DNA of 64,000 bases, taken from assembly GCA_001662655.1 (NCBI GenBank), contig KV460216.1; one strand, given 5' to 3'. The stretch is from Pseudogymnoascus verrucosus. Its lineage: Eukaryota. Position 1 is the stretch's first letter. Each line of letters opens with the position of its first letter. The position numbers were made by a program, and so were the translations under genes. Below the pieces are notes generated by a model that had not been told where the DNA came from, ran no database searches, and was given only the letters and a program-made list of their open reading frames with translations. Below are positions 39,825-53,300 of the stretch, in pieces.

Positions 39825-41008
39825 TCAAGATGATTCGGCGGTCACAGCTGGAAGCCTCTCTCGGTCGTAAGGTGGAAGACAATAGTATAGCACCCCATGA
39901 ACCATAGAGGCAGCCAACGGTCCTATCCAATGTATCCAATGGTAAGAAACAAAGTGCGACCCAACCATTGCCCCAAAGCACCGTGCAGGGTTTCCCGCTT
40001 TTGAGATGTTAGAATTCGAAGTTCTGCAAATAATGTTCATTTGGAAACTCACAGAACCCAGTGTAACCAATACGAGCAAAGCCCGTCATAAAAGTACACA
40101 CTCCTAAAATCACGCCAACAAAGATAGGGCCCAAGGCTGGCCCGAATACAGAGCGCTGTCGAGGGTCAAGTCCCACACTAAACGCGAGAAAGATTAACGC
40201 GAAATCTGTGGTGAATTCCATGGCGAACGCGCTGCCCAATGAGACTTTTGTGGTATCAATAAAGCAACCGGGAACGACGAACTGTGTGGGCGCATCAGCA
40301 TAGGTTCTCTACGGCCCAAAGAGAAAAGGGATAACGTACATCTCTCGTGTCGAAGCTTGCTCTCAACAGTAAACCTCCCATGGCTCCTCCAAACATCTGA
40401 AATGCGACGTATAGAATGCATCGCGGCAACGTCGATAGGCGCCCGAAGAATGTGGCGAGGGTGATGGTAGGATTAAGGTGGCCTCCAGAAACTGGACCTG
40501 TGGCGAAGATGAACAAAGGAAGGACAAACATCGTCGTAAATCCACCAATTAAGCTAGGTACAAGTGCCCCAGTCGCAAAGATGCTTCGTAGCGTTATTAT
40601 CGAGATCTCGGCGAATAAGAAGGTAGGAAGAACTTACTTCACAGTATGGCTTAAGCCTATAGCAAAGAAGCAGGTCAAGTATACTAGCAAACATGTTCCT
40701 GGTGATGTGAACATTAATGTCACTTGCATAATAGTAAGGGCTCACTGACCTACTGCCTCAACACATGCGGCCTTCCATAGCGCTGGTTGCAGAATGTGTC
40801 GCAAAGATAGGGCATCTCGTAGTGGGATCCAAGGAGCAGCATCGGGAAACTTCTGCAATATTTCTAAATGCGCACAGTTGTCTTTGTTCAGGGAGAACTC
40901 TTGATTGGCACCAATGCGACCAGCGAATGGAACAGCGATGGCTGCCGACGGTAATCTCTCAGCATCGTGCTTGCTTCTCCAGAATTTGGCTTGAGGGAGA
41001 ATGGACAT
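39825..41008 (-). CDS. Aquaporin of the XIP subfamily
   Basis: Loop B SGGHLNPTIT and loop E GNPARCFG (the NPARC signature), plus FAGRIGANQEF, FSVGLDPRQRSVFGP and HWIHWIGP; multi-exon. Confidence 0.88.
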
Positions 41009-42127
41009 CGTATGTCACGATCTTCAAATATTTGTTGGCAGTAATTGCTGGACGCGGGGGACTGCACACCAAATCGTGTGATGATCTCCAGTTCCCGTGA
41101 TCGATTCCTTCAGGTAACGGAGGAGAAGCTTCACAGTAGAGTATAGTAAAGGAGAAGAATATAATCAGTCGAAACCAGTCGAATTGGTATCTAATCTACG
41201 AGCCCACGTACGCTATTTGTAGACTTGGGGGAAAACCCGAATCCCCTGACGATGAGCAAATAAATGGAATGGCTATACGCGCACGGGTGTGGTTTCACAT
41301 ATTTAGTATTTAGTGTTAATAATGGTTGATTAATACGTTACTTACATACTAAGTAACTTCAGTATGGGCAACCGAGCTGAGTGAGCTATTAGCTCAGCTG
41401 AATAACCCGACTCAGTAGCTTCTAATAGTCTAGCGTCTCTAGCTAACTCGTGGACTAACCAAGAGCTAGACAACCCCCCGCCCGGGGAAAATCTGTCATT
41501 TTAGCTGTCATTTTAGGGTGTGAAGCCCACTGCGTAACCCGCAGCAAAGCCCGTTCCCCCCATCAATATTGGTTCACGTACTTCAACGTCGGCGAGCGCG
41601 CACTGCCTTACGATAGAAATGGATCCCGAGGGATTTGTACACATCGTTTAGAGATTTTCAATACGGGCAGTATTTTCCTATAAAAGGGTCATGACGTAGA
41701 CCATTTCGAGGTTTCGCTTCGAAGATGCCTTTCCGAGGTTCTCCATTACGTTCCAGAGTACTGTTTCCACCAATAAGTAACGCACGGGCCACGCTAAATA
41801 ATAAAGCTGCCCTTTGTCAGCTTATAAATTTAGGCTAGACAACCTTAATCGTCGTGACCAACTTTATCCTTAGCTTATAACTTACGTATGAGTTTGATGG
41901 AAACCAGCCATTGACTAGTAGGATTGACCTTAATAAGCCTGACGTGAATGATTTTAAAGAATGAGGTCACACTCGAAATATGGAGACCGAGGCAATTCAA
42001 GCATCTAGATCGAGTGCGAGTTCTATCGTACTATATAATTGACAGCTTTCCCGTATATTGTTGAAGTCGCACATCATACAACAATCATTATAACAATATC
42101 ACATCAGTACTCCGTCTACAAATCACC

Positions 42128-42881
42128 ATGTCGCCTCCTGCATACAAGCGTCTCGACAGAGACAACTGCGTCTTCCTCTTTGTTGATCACCAGGTACGTT
42201 GCGTTATCAATTCATCAACAATTCGATTTGACTAATTTTCGTTGAAATAGTCTGGGCTAGTCCAACTGGTCCGTGACTTTGACCCCAATGAATTTCACAC
42301 AAATGTTTTGGGATTGGCTAAGGTGGCAGCTTACTTTAAAGCGCCTGCCATCCTGACTACCTCTTTTGAAACTGGGCCTAATGGCCCCATCGTCAAAGAG
42401 CTTCCGGAGATGCTCCCCAATGCACCCCTGATTCGTCGCCCCGGGCAAATCAATGCCATGGACAACGAGGATTTTGCCAATGCTGTCAAAGCAACCGGCA
42501 AAAAGCAGGTCATCATCAGGTAAGTCAAGGATTGAGACTATCTACCAGCGCAGTTTTAGATCGACCTCGCTAACAATCGGTAGTGGTGTATTGACTGAAG
42601 TCTGCGTTGCCTTCCCCGCTCTCAGCTTGATTGAACAAGGCTATGATGTCTTTGTGGTCACTGATGCGTCTGGTACCTTCAAGGAGCACACGAGGGAAGC
42701 CGCCCATAAGCGGATGGTTCAAGCAGGCTGCCAGCTTCTCAACTGGGCAGCTGTTGGTGCTGAGCTTCACAGAGATTGGCGCCGGGATATCGAAGGGTTC
42801 GGTGCAATCTGGAATGACTATGTTCCGGGTTACAGGTGCTTGACGCAAAGCTATATGGCAACCAAGGATACCTCAAAGTAA
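42128..42881 (+). CDS. ycaC: YcaC-like isochorismatase-family cysteine hydrolase
   Basis: YKRLD..FVDHQSGL..VRD, LTTSFETGPNGP, RPGQINAMDNEDF..AVKATGKKQ, GVLTEVCVAFPALS, DASGT, ELHRDWR; two introns. Confidence 0.92.
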
Positions 42882-43472
42882 AGAGGCAGTGCTCCTAACA
42901 CTCAATCGGTGTTTAATTCGAATGTCACATGTGAGGCCCGAGGCTCAACATCTTAACTTAAAACTTTTGAGATTGAATTAAATTATCGTTTATCCGGTTG
43001 CAATATTTGATTTGAGGTGTCCTATCCCGCAAGATAGAATTATTACAACTTTGAAACGGAAGCCGTTCTTCAAGATCCAGAAAATTCCCCAAATTGAATG
43101 AAATTGAGTGTCTCCCCTCGGCCACGCAAAATGGTGCTGGTTTTCCCCGCCCTTCGTAATGATAATCAGCGACGACTGCGACCGATAGGGTTTCAATAGG
43201 GGTTTTCATCCAGATGCAGTTCCAACAACAAAGTTTATCGATTAGCCTCGCTCTCAGAGTAAGATATCTCAGTATGAAGTTTGCACGAAATGGCACCTCG
43301 TTGTATATAATGGAATGTAGATTGGTTGGCATTGAAGTATGACCTCCAAATTGCGATACGGCCGTTAACGAGTCGGCAGAGGGGCATAGCACAATAGTGA
43401 AGATCGCACGCGAATGGAACAAAGTCTAAATTCGCCCATTTATAAATAGACGACTAATTATATCCTCCCAAT

Positions 43473-44606
43473 CTAGGGACTAAGAACCAATTTCTTCGGG
43501 CTACGCCCCGCCAGCACGTCTTCGCAGGCTGCCTGGATTTCAGATAACCCACCAGGTCGCTTTTCTAACGGCGTCGGTGTAACACCGCCAGCAAGAGCCG
43601 TAGGTAAATAGTCACCATACCACCATGCTGTGAAGTCTGCATTCTCCACTTTTTGGGTAGCCATGCTAAAAAAGCCGTAATGGAGGCTGACATTGGCAGC
43701 AAGACGCATCTCCTCGCTCTTCGGGCGGGTACAGACAAATTTACCACCCGCGGGCTGCAGGATGTCACTGATAGCGTTTACTCCTACTGCATCCCCAGAA
43801 GCTGTCATGACAAAGTCATATGGGCCGAGTTCCTGCAGCTTTTTAACAATCTGGTCATCTTTGTAGTCCAGGACCTCGCTCGCACCAAGACCACGCACGT
43901 AGTCGAATTTCCGCGGCGATGCTGTTGCCACGACGTCATATCCAACCTAATACTGGTGTCAACACGTTTTCTTGCCAGTGCTTCTTGGCCTTTCAAAACT
44001 CACACTTGAAGCGTACTGAACAGCATATCCTCCCACCGATCCACTTGCTCCCCAGATCAGTGCTTTTCCATGGCGATTCTCCTTGGGTTTACCCATCCCC
44101 AATTCCAAATGCAGGGCTGCTACCGCAGTTAAAAGTGCAAAAGGGATCGCTGCAGCGTCCTCAAATTTGGTGTTTTCCGGAATCTTTGCAGTCGTAGCTT
44201 CTGTTCCCACCACGTACTTCTGCCAACACCCGTATTTGGTTTTCTTCAACTGGTAAGTTGGTGTGTCTGATACGACGCGGTCGCCTTTTTTGAACTTTGT
44301 AACTGATGGTCCGATTTCATCGACGACTCCAGCCACACCGTTCCCCAAAATGAAGGGATATGGCATATCCATATAGGCTTTGGCGCGAATATTTGCATCT
44401 AAGGGCTGGATGGCAAATGCGTGGTTCTGTTAAGTGTTAACTTAGTTGATCGCTCGTCTGGTAGACCCTGCGATCTGCGGGGAACATCAACAGTCATTGC
44501 ACACCTTGATAACAATTTCATTTTGCTCCGGGACTGGATACGGGGTTGGTTGAACCCGAAGGTCTCCCTTTGCCTCCAAAATCCAAGCTGCTTCATTCAC
44601 GGACAT
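43473..44606 (-). CDS. MDR-family (enoyl reductase-like / zinc-type alcohol dehydrogenase-like) oxidoreductase
   Basis: NEAAWI, NHAFAIQPLD, YPFILGNGVAGVV, FKKGDRV, LIWGASGSVGGYAVQ, ATASPRKFDYVRGLGA; two introns. Confidence 0.9.
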
Positions 44607-44774
44607 CGTAAATCCACGTAAACTCGTGTACGTTCACGTTCTGATAGGAAAACACTTTCGTCGGAATGTTTAGAAAAATATGATAGCCTGCACGCTTTTG
44701 TGATATCACCTTTACACCCTTACCTCATTATATACCCTATACTAGCTTACATCATATTACTGGAAGTAATTAGG

Positions 44775-44827
44775 GTCTTAATCAGCACCACGCCTCACGT
44801 TACATGAAGCGGGGTGCTGATTAAGAC
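44775..44827. repeat. Hairpin with 15-bp perfect outer stem upstream of the MDR gene
   Basis: GTCTTAATCAGCACC (44775-44789) pairs with GGTGCTGATTAAGAC (44813-44827); further imperfect pairing inside. Confidence 0.85.
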
Positions 44828-46620
44828 TTAAATTAGCGTGGACAGGATTTGTGGATAAACCCATGGCTGACACTGGCGGCGCTAGCGTAGGTATGGATTG
44901 TTTTCAATGACTGGTCGCACTCCTTCTAATTAAACTGCTGAACTGGAGAATGCGGTAAAATGAATTTTAGTATTAAGAGACAAATGTGAATTGATCTGAT
45001 GTTCATTCAACAGAGTCCAAATTGAAATCACAACAGTCACATGCCGATGTTCAGGAAGAGAACACAAGACGTGCTCCTATTGGCTGAACGATAAGGGAAA
45101 CAAATGAAGTGAGTGGCTGTTAAAATAAGCCATCCAGACCTCACAGTGGAGCTCAGACTGTAGGTAAAGGACAAAGATTGCCATAAATGGCCGTGTGGCG
45201 CTGCGCGGCCCACACAACGGCAGACTACCGTGGTAATAAAAATTCTCGAAGCGCTTATCCCCATCTAGTTGGTCTGGAACGCGCCCTCATTTTGCGCATG
45301 TTCATCATTGTTGCCATCAAATCATACCTCAATGGTAAAGACCGCGCGTAGTAAATAGACTTGTGATTCAAGGCGTCTCTGCGATCGAAGGTCGTTGGAG
45401 GTTGGCATCGTCATCCACAGAGTCTGTCCCAGAGTTTGAGGTGAAAGAAACGAGTATACTAAAGTAGGCAACACCGACGCTAGCCCGCCATCAAATATAT
45501 TTCGCTCGTCTCAAGAGATATCGATATATTCGTGAACCTGTACTCCGGTAAGGAAGCACGGGATGCTATAGAATGGGGTCATTTAGAGCAGCGTGCTACT
45601 GCCGTACTGTGATATGATGGGTATCTTTTCAGGGGCGCAGACAGAGTTCGGAGCGAACTACAGCCCAGATAAGAGGCTGCCAAGGTAAAAGATCGACGGA
45701 GACCCGCTGCTTGTACGTCCTAGGGACGGCTCAAACTGAACTACTCTGTATTCTGCTTAAGCTACATATTAATATGGCGGATGATAAGCATAATAGTGCA
45801 TAAAGGTCGGATTCTAGACTAAAACATCATATCTGGCACTTGATTTCGTGTGTCCTGGGAAATAAGGTGCTTACTCGTCTGCTGCTATCGCAGCGCACGG
45901 TTGTTTAGCACCCCTGTTCCTTCCCCGCATTTCCAACCTCATCTGCAATTGCCGATCGCTTGAACCTAGGCCTCACTGATACGTCAGACAATAACACCCA
46001 TACACACGGAACGGAGTAGCTAACCCCCCCACCAAAAAAAATTTGCAGTCGGGAGATGCTCTGTGTATTCACATGAGCTAGAAACGCCATTGTCTTGACA
46101 GAAGGCATGTATTGGGCTAAAAGGCACTCTGCCCCGCCTTTTGGCCCAATACAAAATTCGACAACCATGGGTACATGTCAGAGCGGGAGAGGTGATACTC
46201 CCTGCTGTTAAGTCGGCCACATCCAATGTTAATAGAACAACCCACCCAGATGGGTCGTCAATCTTTGGCCTATTATGTCGCATCCTACAGCGCTAGTGAT
46301 TGTGTGCCACTCTCAAATAAAACGTCTCCTCTGATCGGCACCTTCATTTCCTCTGATCGACACCTTCATCTCCTCTGATTGACACCTCCATCTCGTGCAC
46401 ATACCTGATGCGTAAGGAACTACGGTGGGGAACTTGATGGTGGCATAGAGGACGTGGCACAAATGATACACAGCGACAACCGTGGAGGGCATGATAAGAA
46501 AGCTATGTATGTCCAGATCCAAGTTCTTCACCTTCATCTTCATCGAAATCGCAACTTGCACTCCTCACCAACGCCCGTCGGAGAGGTCTGATTGAGCCTC
46601 GCGAACTATCTCGATTCACC

Positions 46621-47945
46621 ATGCCAGTAGCCCCAGCTGGTCGAGGACCTGAACTCCTTGCAACGGTTGGCTTGTTCGTCGCATTAGGCACCATCGCAAT
46701 TGTTTTACGATGCTATACTAGAATATTCATTGTCAAAAGCTTTGGACTCGACGACTACTCTGCCGTCATCGCTTGGGTACACTACCTTTTCTATTCTCCT
46801 GTGTGATTTACACAAACGCTGACGAGACTTGCAAGATTCTCTTCATATTCTACAGTACATTTGCCATCTCTGGCGTGCATAACGGGACTGGCCAGCATGT
46901 TGCTGATATCCCACAGGCGGTGCTCCCAGTGGGTTTGAAGGTAGTTAGTCCTCATCGGCAAGACGAGGGTCGGGGCTAATCTCGTTCTCAGTGGTGGTGG
47001 GCATGTGAACCCGTCTACATCTTGACCTCCATGGCGCTCAAATTCAGCATTGGCGTTTTCTTGCTCCGAATCGCCGTCGCCAGGACCCACAAAATCATCA
47101 TCTGGACCGTCATCATCGTCACTGAAGCCTACTCCACGTTTTTCTTCTTTCTTTTCGTCCTGCAGTGTCGTCCCTCAGCATACTTCTGGACCCAGTACAC
47201 CGGTGGAGAGGGCACCTGTATTGACCCGAAGATCACAGTCTATACCTTCTACGCCTACTCAGCAATCTCCTGTGTGGGGGACTGGACATTCGGCATCCTC
47301 CCTGCCTTCATGGTCTGGAATCTGCAAATGAATTTCCGCACCAAACTGTCCGTCGCCGCCATTCTTGCCGTCGGTTGCATGTGAGCATCCTGCATTCCTT
47401 CCACCCACTCCGTCCCCGCAATCGCAGATCAGACCTGACCCATCCCTAGTGCCTCAACCGCCACGATCGTCCGCATCCCATTCATTAGTGGCATGGCCCA
47501 TATCAACGACTTCCTCTACTCCACCATGGACGTTGCGATCTGGTCCACGGTTGAGGTCGGCATCGGCATCGTCGCCTCCGCTGCAGCGACCCTGCGCCCG
47601 CTCTTCCGCGTCTTCTTCGGCGGCAGCATGGGCACAGGCGGTGGCAGCTCCGCCCCAGAGCTCTCGAACCATTGGCCGAAATCTGGCTACATGCGCAGCA
47701 GAAGCACCACCGAGGCGTTTGCGCTTCGCAGCGATATTGGCAAGACCGGCGGCGTCACGACGGTCATCGAGTGGGATGTGCATACGAAGAGGGGCCAAAC
47801 CAAAAAGGGGTCGCATGATCGGAATGTGGACCCTGGAGGGTGGAACAACAGTGATGCCCAATTAAGGGGGAACAGTAGTGATGACGAGCCGACTTGGAGA
47901 GGGGGGATTATGAAGACGACTGGCATGACGCAGACGACGCATTAA
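46621..47945 (+). CDS. PTH11-like (fungal rhodopsin-domain) integral membrane protein, no CFEM domain
   Basis: LRCYTR..FGLDD, GTGQH, WWWACE, KFSIGVFLLRI, QCRP..FW, DW..LP..VWNLQM..RTK, AIWSTVEVGIGI.A.A.TLRPLF. Confidence 0.9.
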
Positions 47946-48987
47946 GCTGAGAACGAAGACGAGTGTGTGCGATGATACCATTTCTATGCCAACTACTTCA
48001 CTAAATTTCAGAATGACCTAATAGGGAAATTTATATTTATATGCATAATGAAATTTCTTAGCTCATTGATGCCGATATCCTTCCTAGAACGCGCGGGGTG
48101 TGTTGGTGCGCAGACGCTAGCGATGGGCTGATACCTCCCACCCGCTCTGCAACCCAACTTCCCAGTCATGCCGCTGGGGGGTCGTGGTCTGTTCCCATGC
48201 ACGTTTTAAGTAAGTCGAGGGGTGCATGATTCACGTTTACGATTTCCAGAGAGCTTTGTGCGAAGATTGCGAGCTCATTAGCGCCTGGCTGTATTAATGG
48301 AGAAGGTTGGACGCTACCACCGTTTTTAGTAGTTCAACGCAAATGGGTGATTAAACCGATGGGGAAAGGTTGGGATTTTTGGTTTTGGCCCCTATGCTAG
48401 TGGGGTTAAGGGCCAAGAACGCAACCACTGCACGACCCTAGACTCGGTACTTATGTGCTCTTCCCCTCTTCCAGATTCTTTGAAATTCCAGCTCCGGATA
48501 TCTCCGTAAAGTGATTTTAGCACGTGAAACTGACCATAATAGAAGAACCCCGTACAATTATGCTAGTACTGAATGGCGGCTATAAATATAAGATTTCTGT
48601 ATTGATTTTGCTGCCTACGCTTCATGAACCAGAGTGAAAACTACTTGTATTATTTTCAAAATACCAGTAGAACCAGTCGCTCTCGAGCAACCCTGAGGAC
48701 GTGGGATCGTAGGGGGCCGTTTGGCTGAGAGGCGTCCGAGCGCTGATGATCGCAGGAGCAACTGGTCACCCATGAGGACTAAACTAAACTAATTCCTTCA
48801 TGATAAATGGCCAAGCAAAGACCACATGCACATTGGCTTACATAATGTTATTATGGACTATCTAGTAATAAATATGGTCGTTATGCGCTCCTTCAAAGCT
48901 ATAGATCTGTCATTTACATGCTAAATTAGATTAGAAATACATAGTCATTTTGTTAGCTTTTCCTAGCTACTTTAGTAAGGAATTAAC

Positions 48988-49068
48988 CATGTCTACATAA
49001 CAGTAGGCTTATAGATTAAATAGAAAGGTTTTCTATTTAATCTATAAGCCTACTGTTATGTAGACATG
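48988..49068. repeat. Perfect 39-bp inverted repeat with 3-nt loop
   Basis: CATGTCTACATAACAGTAGGCTTATAGATTAAATAGAAA (48988-49026), then GGT, then its exact reverse complement (49030-49068). Confidence 0.95.
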
Positions 49069-49290
49069 TATCTTAGACAAAAGTACTTTAAACTAAAGAA
49101 ACTATCTTCTTAGCTAACAACTTTACATTACTAAGGAACCTTATACTAATATAATTATACTTCTTATCCTTAATAATAAATCTGTAAGATGTAAGTTTAA
49201 TCTTAGATGCTTTATATAGGAGTAAGATTAATAACTTATACCCTATTAAACGACGTGTTGGCGCAGGGGTTGCGGGAACTCGCCGTAACA
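49054..49290. mobile_element. Possible RIPed solo LTR (237 bp)
   Basis: Begins TGTTA, ends TAACA, AT/TpA-rich, and interrupts the pogo reading frame. No direct target-site duplication is visible. Confidence 0.45.
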
Positions 49291-49512
49291 GTAAGCTTGC
49301 AGTGGTCTATAGAATAGACCTTAGATATAGCATGAAGGCTTTGTGTAGGGTCTTTTTTAGATAGCCTAGATAGCTAAGGTCAACTTTCTCTCGTCACTTT
49401 TTTGTTGAGGCATGTCGTGTTGTTGAGAAGTACTATGTTTGGTTGGGTAGTGGGGGTGGTCGTGGAATTTTGGCACATTCGCTTGTCTGCCACATTCGTT
49501 ATACATGTACGT
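49291..49512 (-). mobile_element. 5' end of a second RIPed pogo/Fot1 element
   Basis: TA|ACGT terminus with a CGAATGTG direct repeat. ATG 49413 gives MPQQKSDERKLTLAI*AI*KDPTQSLHAISKVYSI (HTH-psq-like). Confidence 0.75.
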
Positions 49513-50380
49513 TAAAGAAAAAATACGAATCAATTTCACAGGAACAATGAACTAATCCTGCTTTTTGACAGCATTTTTTCGTCCCAAGTAACTCAAATTT
49601 TAACCATAACTTCCAAAACGGGCTTATAGCTCTTTCCTCACCCGACTGCTAAAGTGAGAATTTCCCACTACCAGAGTAACCCTCAGGAATCGGGCATATG
49701 TCTCTGCCACCCGCTAATATCTCCAACGCAGGGCGGCACAAAGAAGTCAATCGAACGGCAAGCCGAACATAAGCTCTAAAACCACAATCTTATAATCTTA
49801 TATAATATTACGAAGTTCACATCCATTTCAAACAATTAATTATTTTCTTGAAGTCACGAGCCACGGGGTCAGGTGACAGGAGGCCACGAGGCTTCAGGAT
49901 GGCACGGAGCGTTCCATTAATCTGTCAAGGCCCGAACCTTGCTAGCACGCCCCAGCGCGGGTCGTATACCCGAACGCTGGATCATGGCTAATGACAAAGG
50001 GCTTGCATCCACCAGAAGCCCCATAGCGAAGGCTTCCAAGCCTCTTTAATGCTTGTGTAGGCGTTATCGACTGGTGGGAATGAAGGGTTACATACTTTTC
50101 CAGCCCTGCGACTGCCTATGAGGCTGTGTTTTGGGGGCCGCGTTTCATCACAGTACGACAACCCCAGAAATAGTTTTTGCTGCCTAAGCATTGTTCAACC
50201 CTGTCTGACCCCCCAGAACAGCTTCTTCATGTGACGAGGGGTATTGCGGCGGTATCGCAATTACCCACTCTTCCGATGTTTTCCACGCTGTAAATTACGA
50301 GTGCGCTTGTGCTATCGCACGCATAACACCATAGTCACACCGTAAAGCGCGCCGACCCTCGCGGCGGCTATACTTTCGGA

Positions 50381-53300
50381 ATGTCCGGCGCTGAAGCGCT
50401 GGCCCTTATCGGGATCATTTCGAGTACTCTCCAGCTCGTCAGTTTCAGCTCGCAGGTGCTGCGGCGGATAAAGGACTACAAAGATGACACCACGAGCCTG
50501 CCGAGAGAGTTTTGGGCGTTACAAGATGTGCACCTTAATCTTCATGTCGCTACTGGGATAAAGGACTAACAATATACAGCAACTACCCCTCATTTCGCAT
50601 GCGCTCCACATAACATGGAAGCAGACCCAGTCCGACGAACTCGAGGAGGAGGCATGCAAGGCGCTTGTTCCGGTTATCAACGCCTGCCATCAGGAGGTTC
50701 TCAAGTTGAAGGCGATATTGGAGAAGGTGGCGCCCTCAGCTGGTGATGCAGGATGGAAGAGAAACTGGAAGGCCCTCACGAGCGTTTTCCACGACAAAGA
50801 TGTCGAAGCCGTGGCAGCGGGTCTGGCGCAGTCGCTAACAGTCATCAACCACTATCATGGAGCATATACGGCCGCAACAGCGGGTTCGATCCTGCAGAAG
50901 TTGACTGCTATGGCAGAGATGCCCAAGAAAGTCGAAGTCGAGGTTGAAGTGCCCGTCAAGCATTTCATTGCTCCTACTGTCTGGACGGACGATTTTGCTG
51001 GACGAAAAGATACCATAGAGGCGCTAGAGAAGTTGCTAGCAGGCGAAGATAAACATCGTCGAATCTCTGTCATCGGGCTTGGTGGGGTGGGGAAGACTCG
51101 ACTACTGCTGCAATATGCGTATCGGTTCAAGGACTCGGACACTCACTCGGTGTTCTGGATCCACGCTAGCAGTATGTCTCGAATGAACAAGACGTGCGCC
51201 GAAATAGCGAGGCTCGTAAAAATCAAAGGATGGGAAAACCCCATGTCCAACAAGATCGAGCTGGTGAAGGATTATCTTGAAAGTCCGAAGTCGGGCAAGT
51301 GGACGCTTTTACTAGACAACGCCGACGACTATGACCTATTCTACGGATCTGGTAAACTGTCGCAGTCAATACCACGCTCGGATAATGGCTCCATACTTAT
51401 GTCAACTCGCGATGGAAGAGTAGGAATGGAATTCGCGAAGAGAAACTCAATTTCGCTCGGAGCATTGTCCCTCGAGGAGTCGATTACATTGCTTGATACC
51501 CGCCTTGGGGTGGAAGACAATACTTTCAACGATCTCAAAGAACTGAGCGAGGAACTCTGCGGCATACCTCTCGCACTCGTTCAAGCGTCGTCATTTATAA
51601 AACAGAACTTCCTTTCTATCTCTAGCTACCTCGAGATCTACCGCTCAAGCGACAAAGATAAGATCGAGCTCCTCAGTGAAGACTTTGACGACGACTACCG
51701 GGACGACGAAATCCGCAACCCGATAGCGACGACATGGAGCCTCTCGTTTGAGTTCATTCAAAAAAGAGACCCGCTAGCTGCCGAGATACTCTCTGTCATG
51801 AGCATGCTCGATCCGCAGGCGATCCCCGAGTCTCTCATTTACAACGAGAAGAGCACCCTTAAATTCAGCAAGGCAATGGGCACGCTGCAAGCTTTTTCTC
51901 TGATCACCTCACGTGCGGATGGCCCAATATGGGAGGGCCGACGAGACAAGTCATTTGACCTTCACCGACTAGTCAGGCTAGCTATGCGTAGTTGGCTAGC
52001 CCATCATGACCGACTTGAGATGTTCACGGCAAAGGCTTTGGGAATCATGGCAGAGCGATACGTGCACAGCGACTGGGATACTAGGGCCAAGTGGGCGGCG
52101 TACCTTCCCCATGCTGTTGTGCTTTTACAATCGGATCACCTGAAAGAGATTGAGAATATGGCCAACACAAAGGTATCCCATAACGAGAAGGATGGAGCTG
52201 TCAGCCATGTACCAGAAGGGACTGTATGTCCAGTTTGTGCAGGGAAGTTGCTTGCCATCGTATCGATGTGCCGGTATACTATTGGCAATCCGACGGCAAG
52301 TTTGCAGGAGGCTGAGAAATCGTATACCCTTAGACTGTAAGTTGGTTCTTTATAATATTGGAGTGTTATCTAACAATTGTACAGGAGATTCCTGGGAGAA
52401 GATCATCCAGATACACTAGAAACCCTTGATCTTGTCGCCAAGGCCGCAAAAGATCTGTACTTATTCCCCAAGGCCATGGACGCATGTTTCCGCGCCATAA
52501 AAGGCAAAACAGACACGCTCGGCCCCGACCATCCGTCGACGCTCAGAAGCATGGCATATCTAGGGATTGTATACCGGCCGATGGAAAAGCTCCAAGAGGC
52601 GAAAGAAATTGGAACCCATGTGTTGGAAAGACGGCGTGAGGTTTTGGGAAATGAGCACCCGGATACTCTTATCTCGATGAGCTATGCAGCAACTGCATAC
52701 CGTGCGCTTGGAGACTACGATAGTGCGGCGAAGTTGGAAGCCGAAAAGCTGAAAGGCTGGACGAAGCTATACGGACCATCACATCCACAGAGCTTAGATG
52801 CCCTGGCTTTGATAGGTTGGGCATACGCATGCCAGGGGAAGTACGTGGAAGCTGAAAAGCTCATGTCTCACTCACTTGCTGTTCAGCTCGAGACCAGACC
52901 AACACACTGGTTCACATTCTGGACAATGCATTCCTTCTCCTGTCTCCTCGGCATGCGAGGTAAATACTTTGAAGCCGAGGAGTTAACAGAGCAAGCACTC
53001 GATTTTAGGACCCAGTACATGGGCCTCTCACATCCTTATCGATACATATCTCTCTTATACCTCGCCTGGCTCTACAATGAAACTGGTCGGTATGCTGAAG
53101 CTGAGATGATCGAGCTGGAGGTTCTTGAGTTTAATCAGAAATTTTACGAAGGCGACACACACCACGAGGTACTCCTCACTCGCTCCCAGCTCGCCTCAAC
53201 CTACTCATTCATGTCGCGCCATACCGAGGCCTACGCCATCAAAACTGCCGTCTACAACATCCGTCTGGAGACAAAAGGCGAAATCCACCCGGCGACACTA

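Noticed and set aside
41290..41520. Possible small TE with short inverted and direct repeats in the XIP-ycaC spacer
   Set aside because: No defined termini or target-site duplication could be established.
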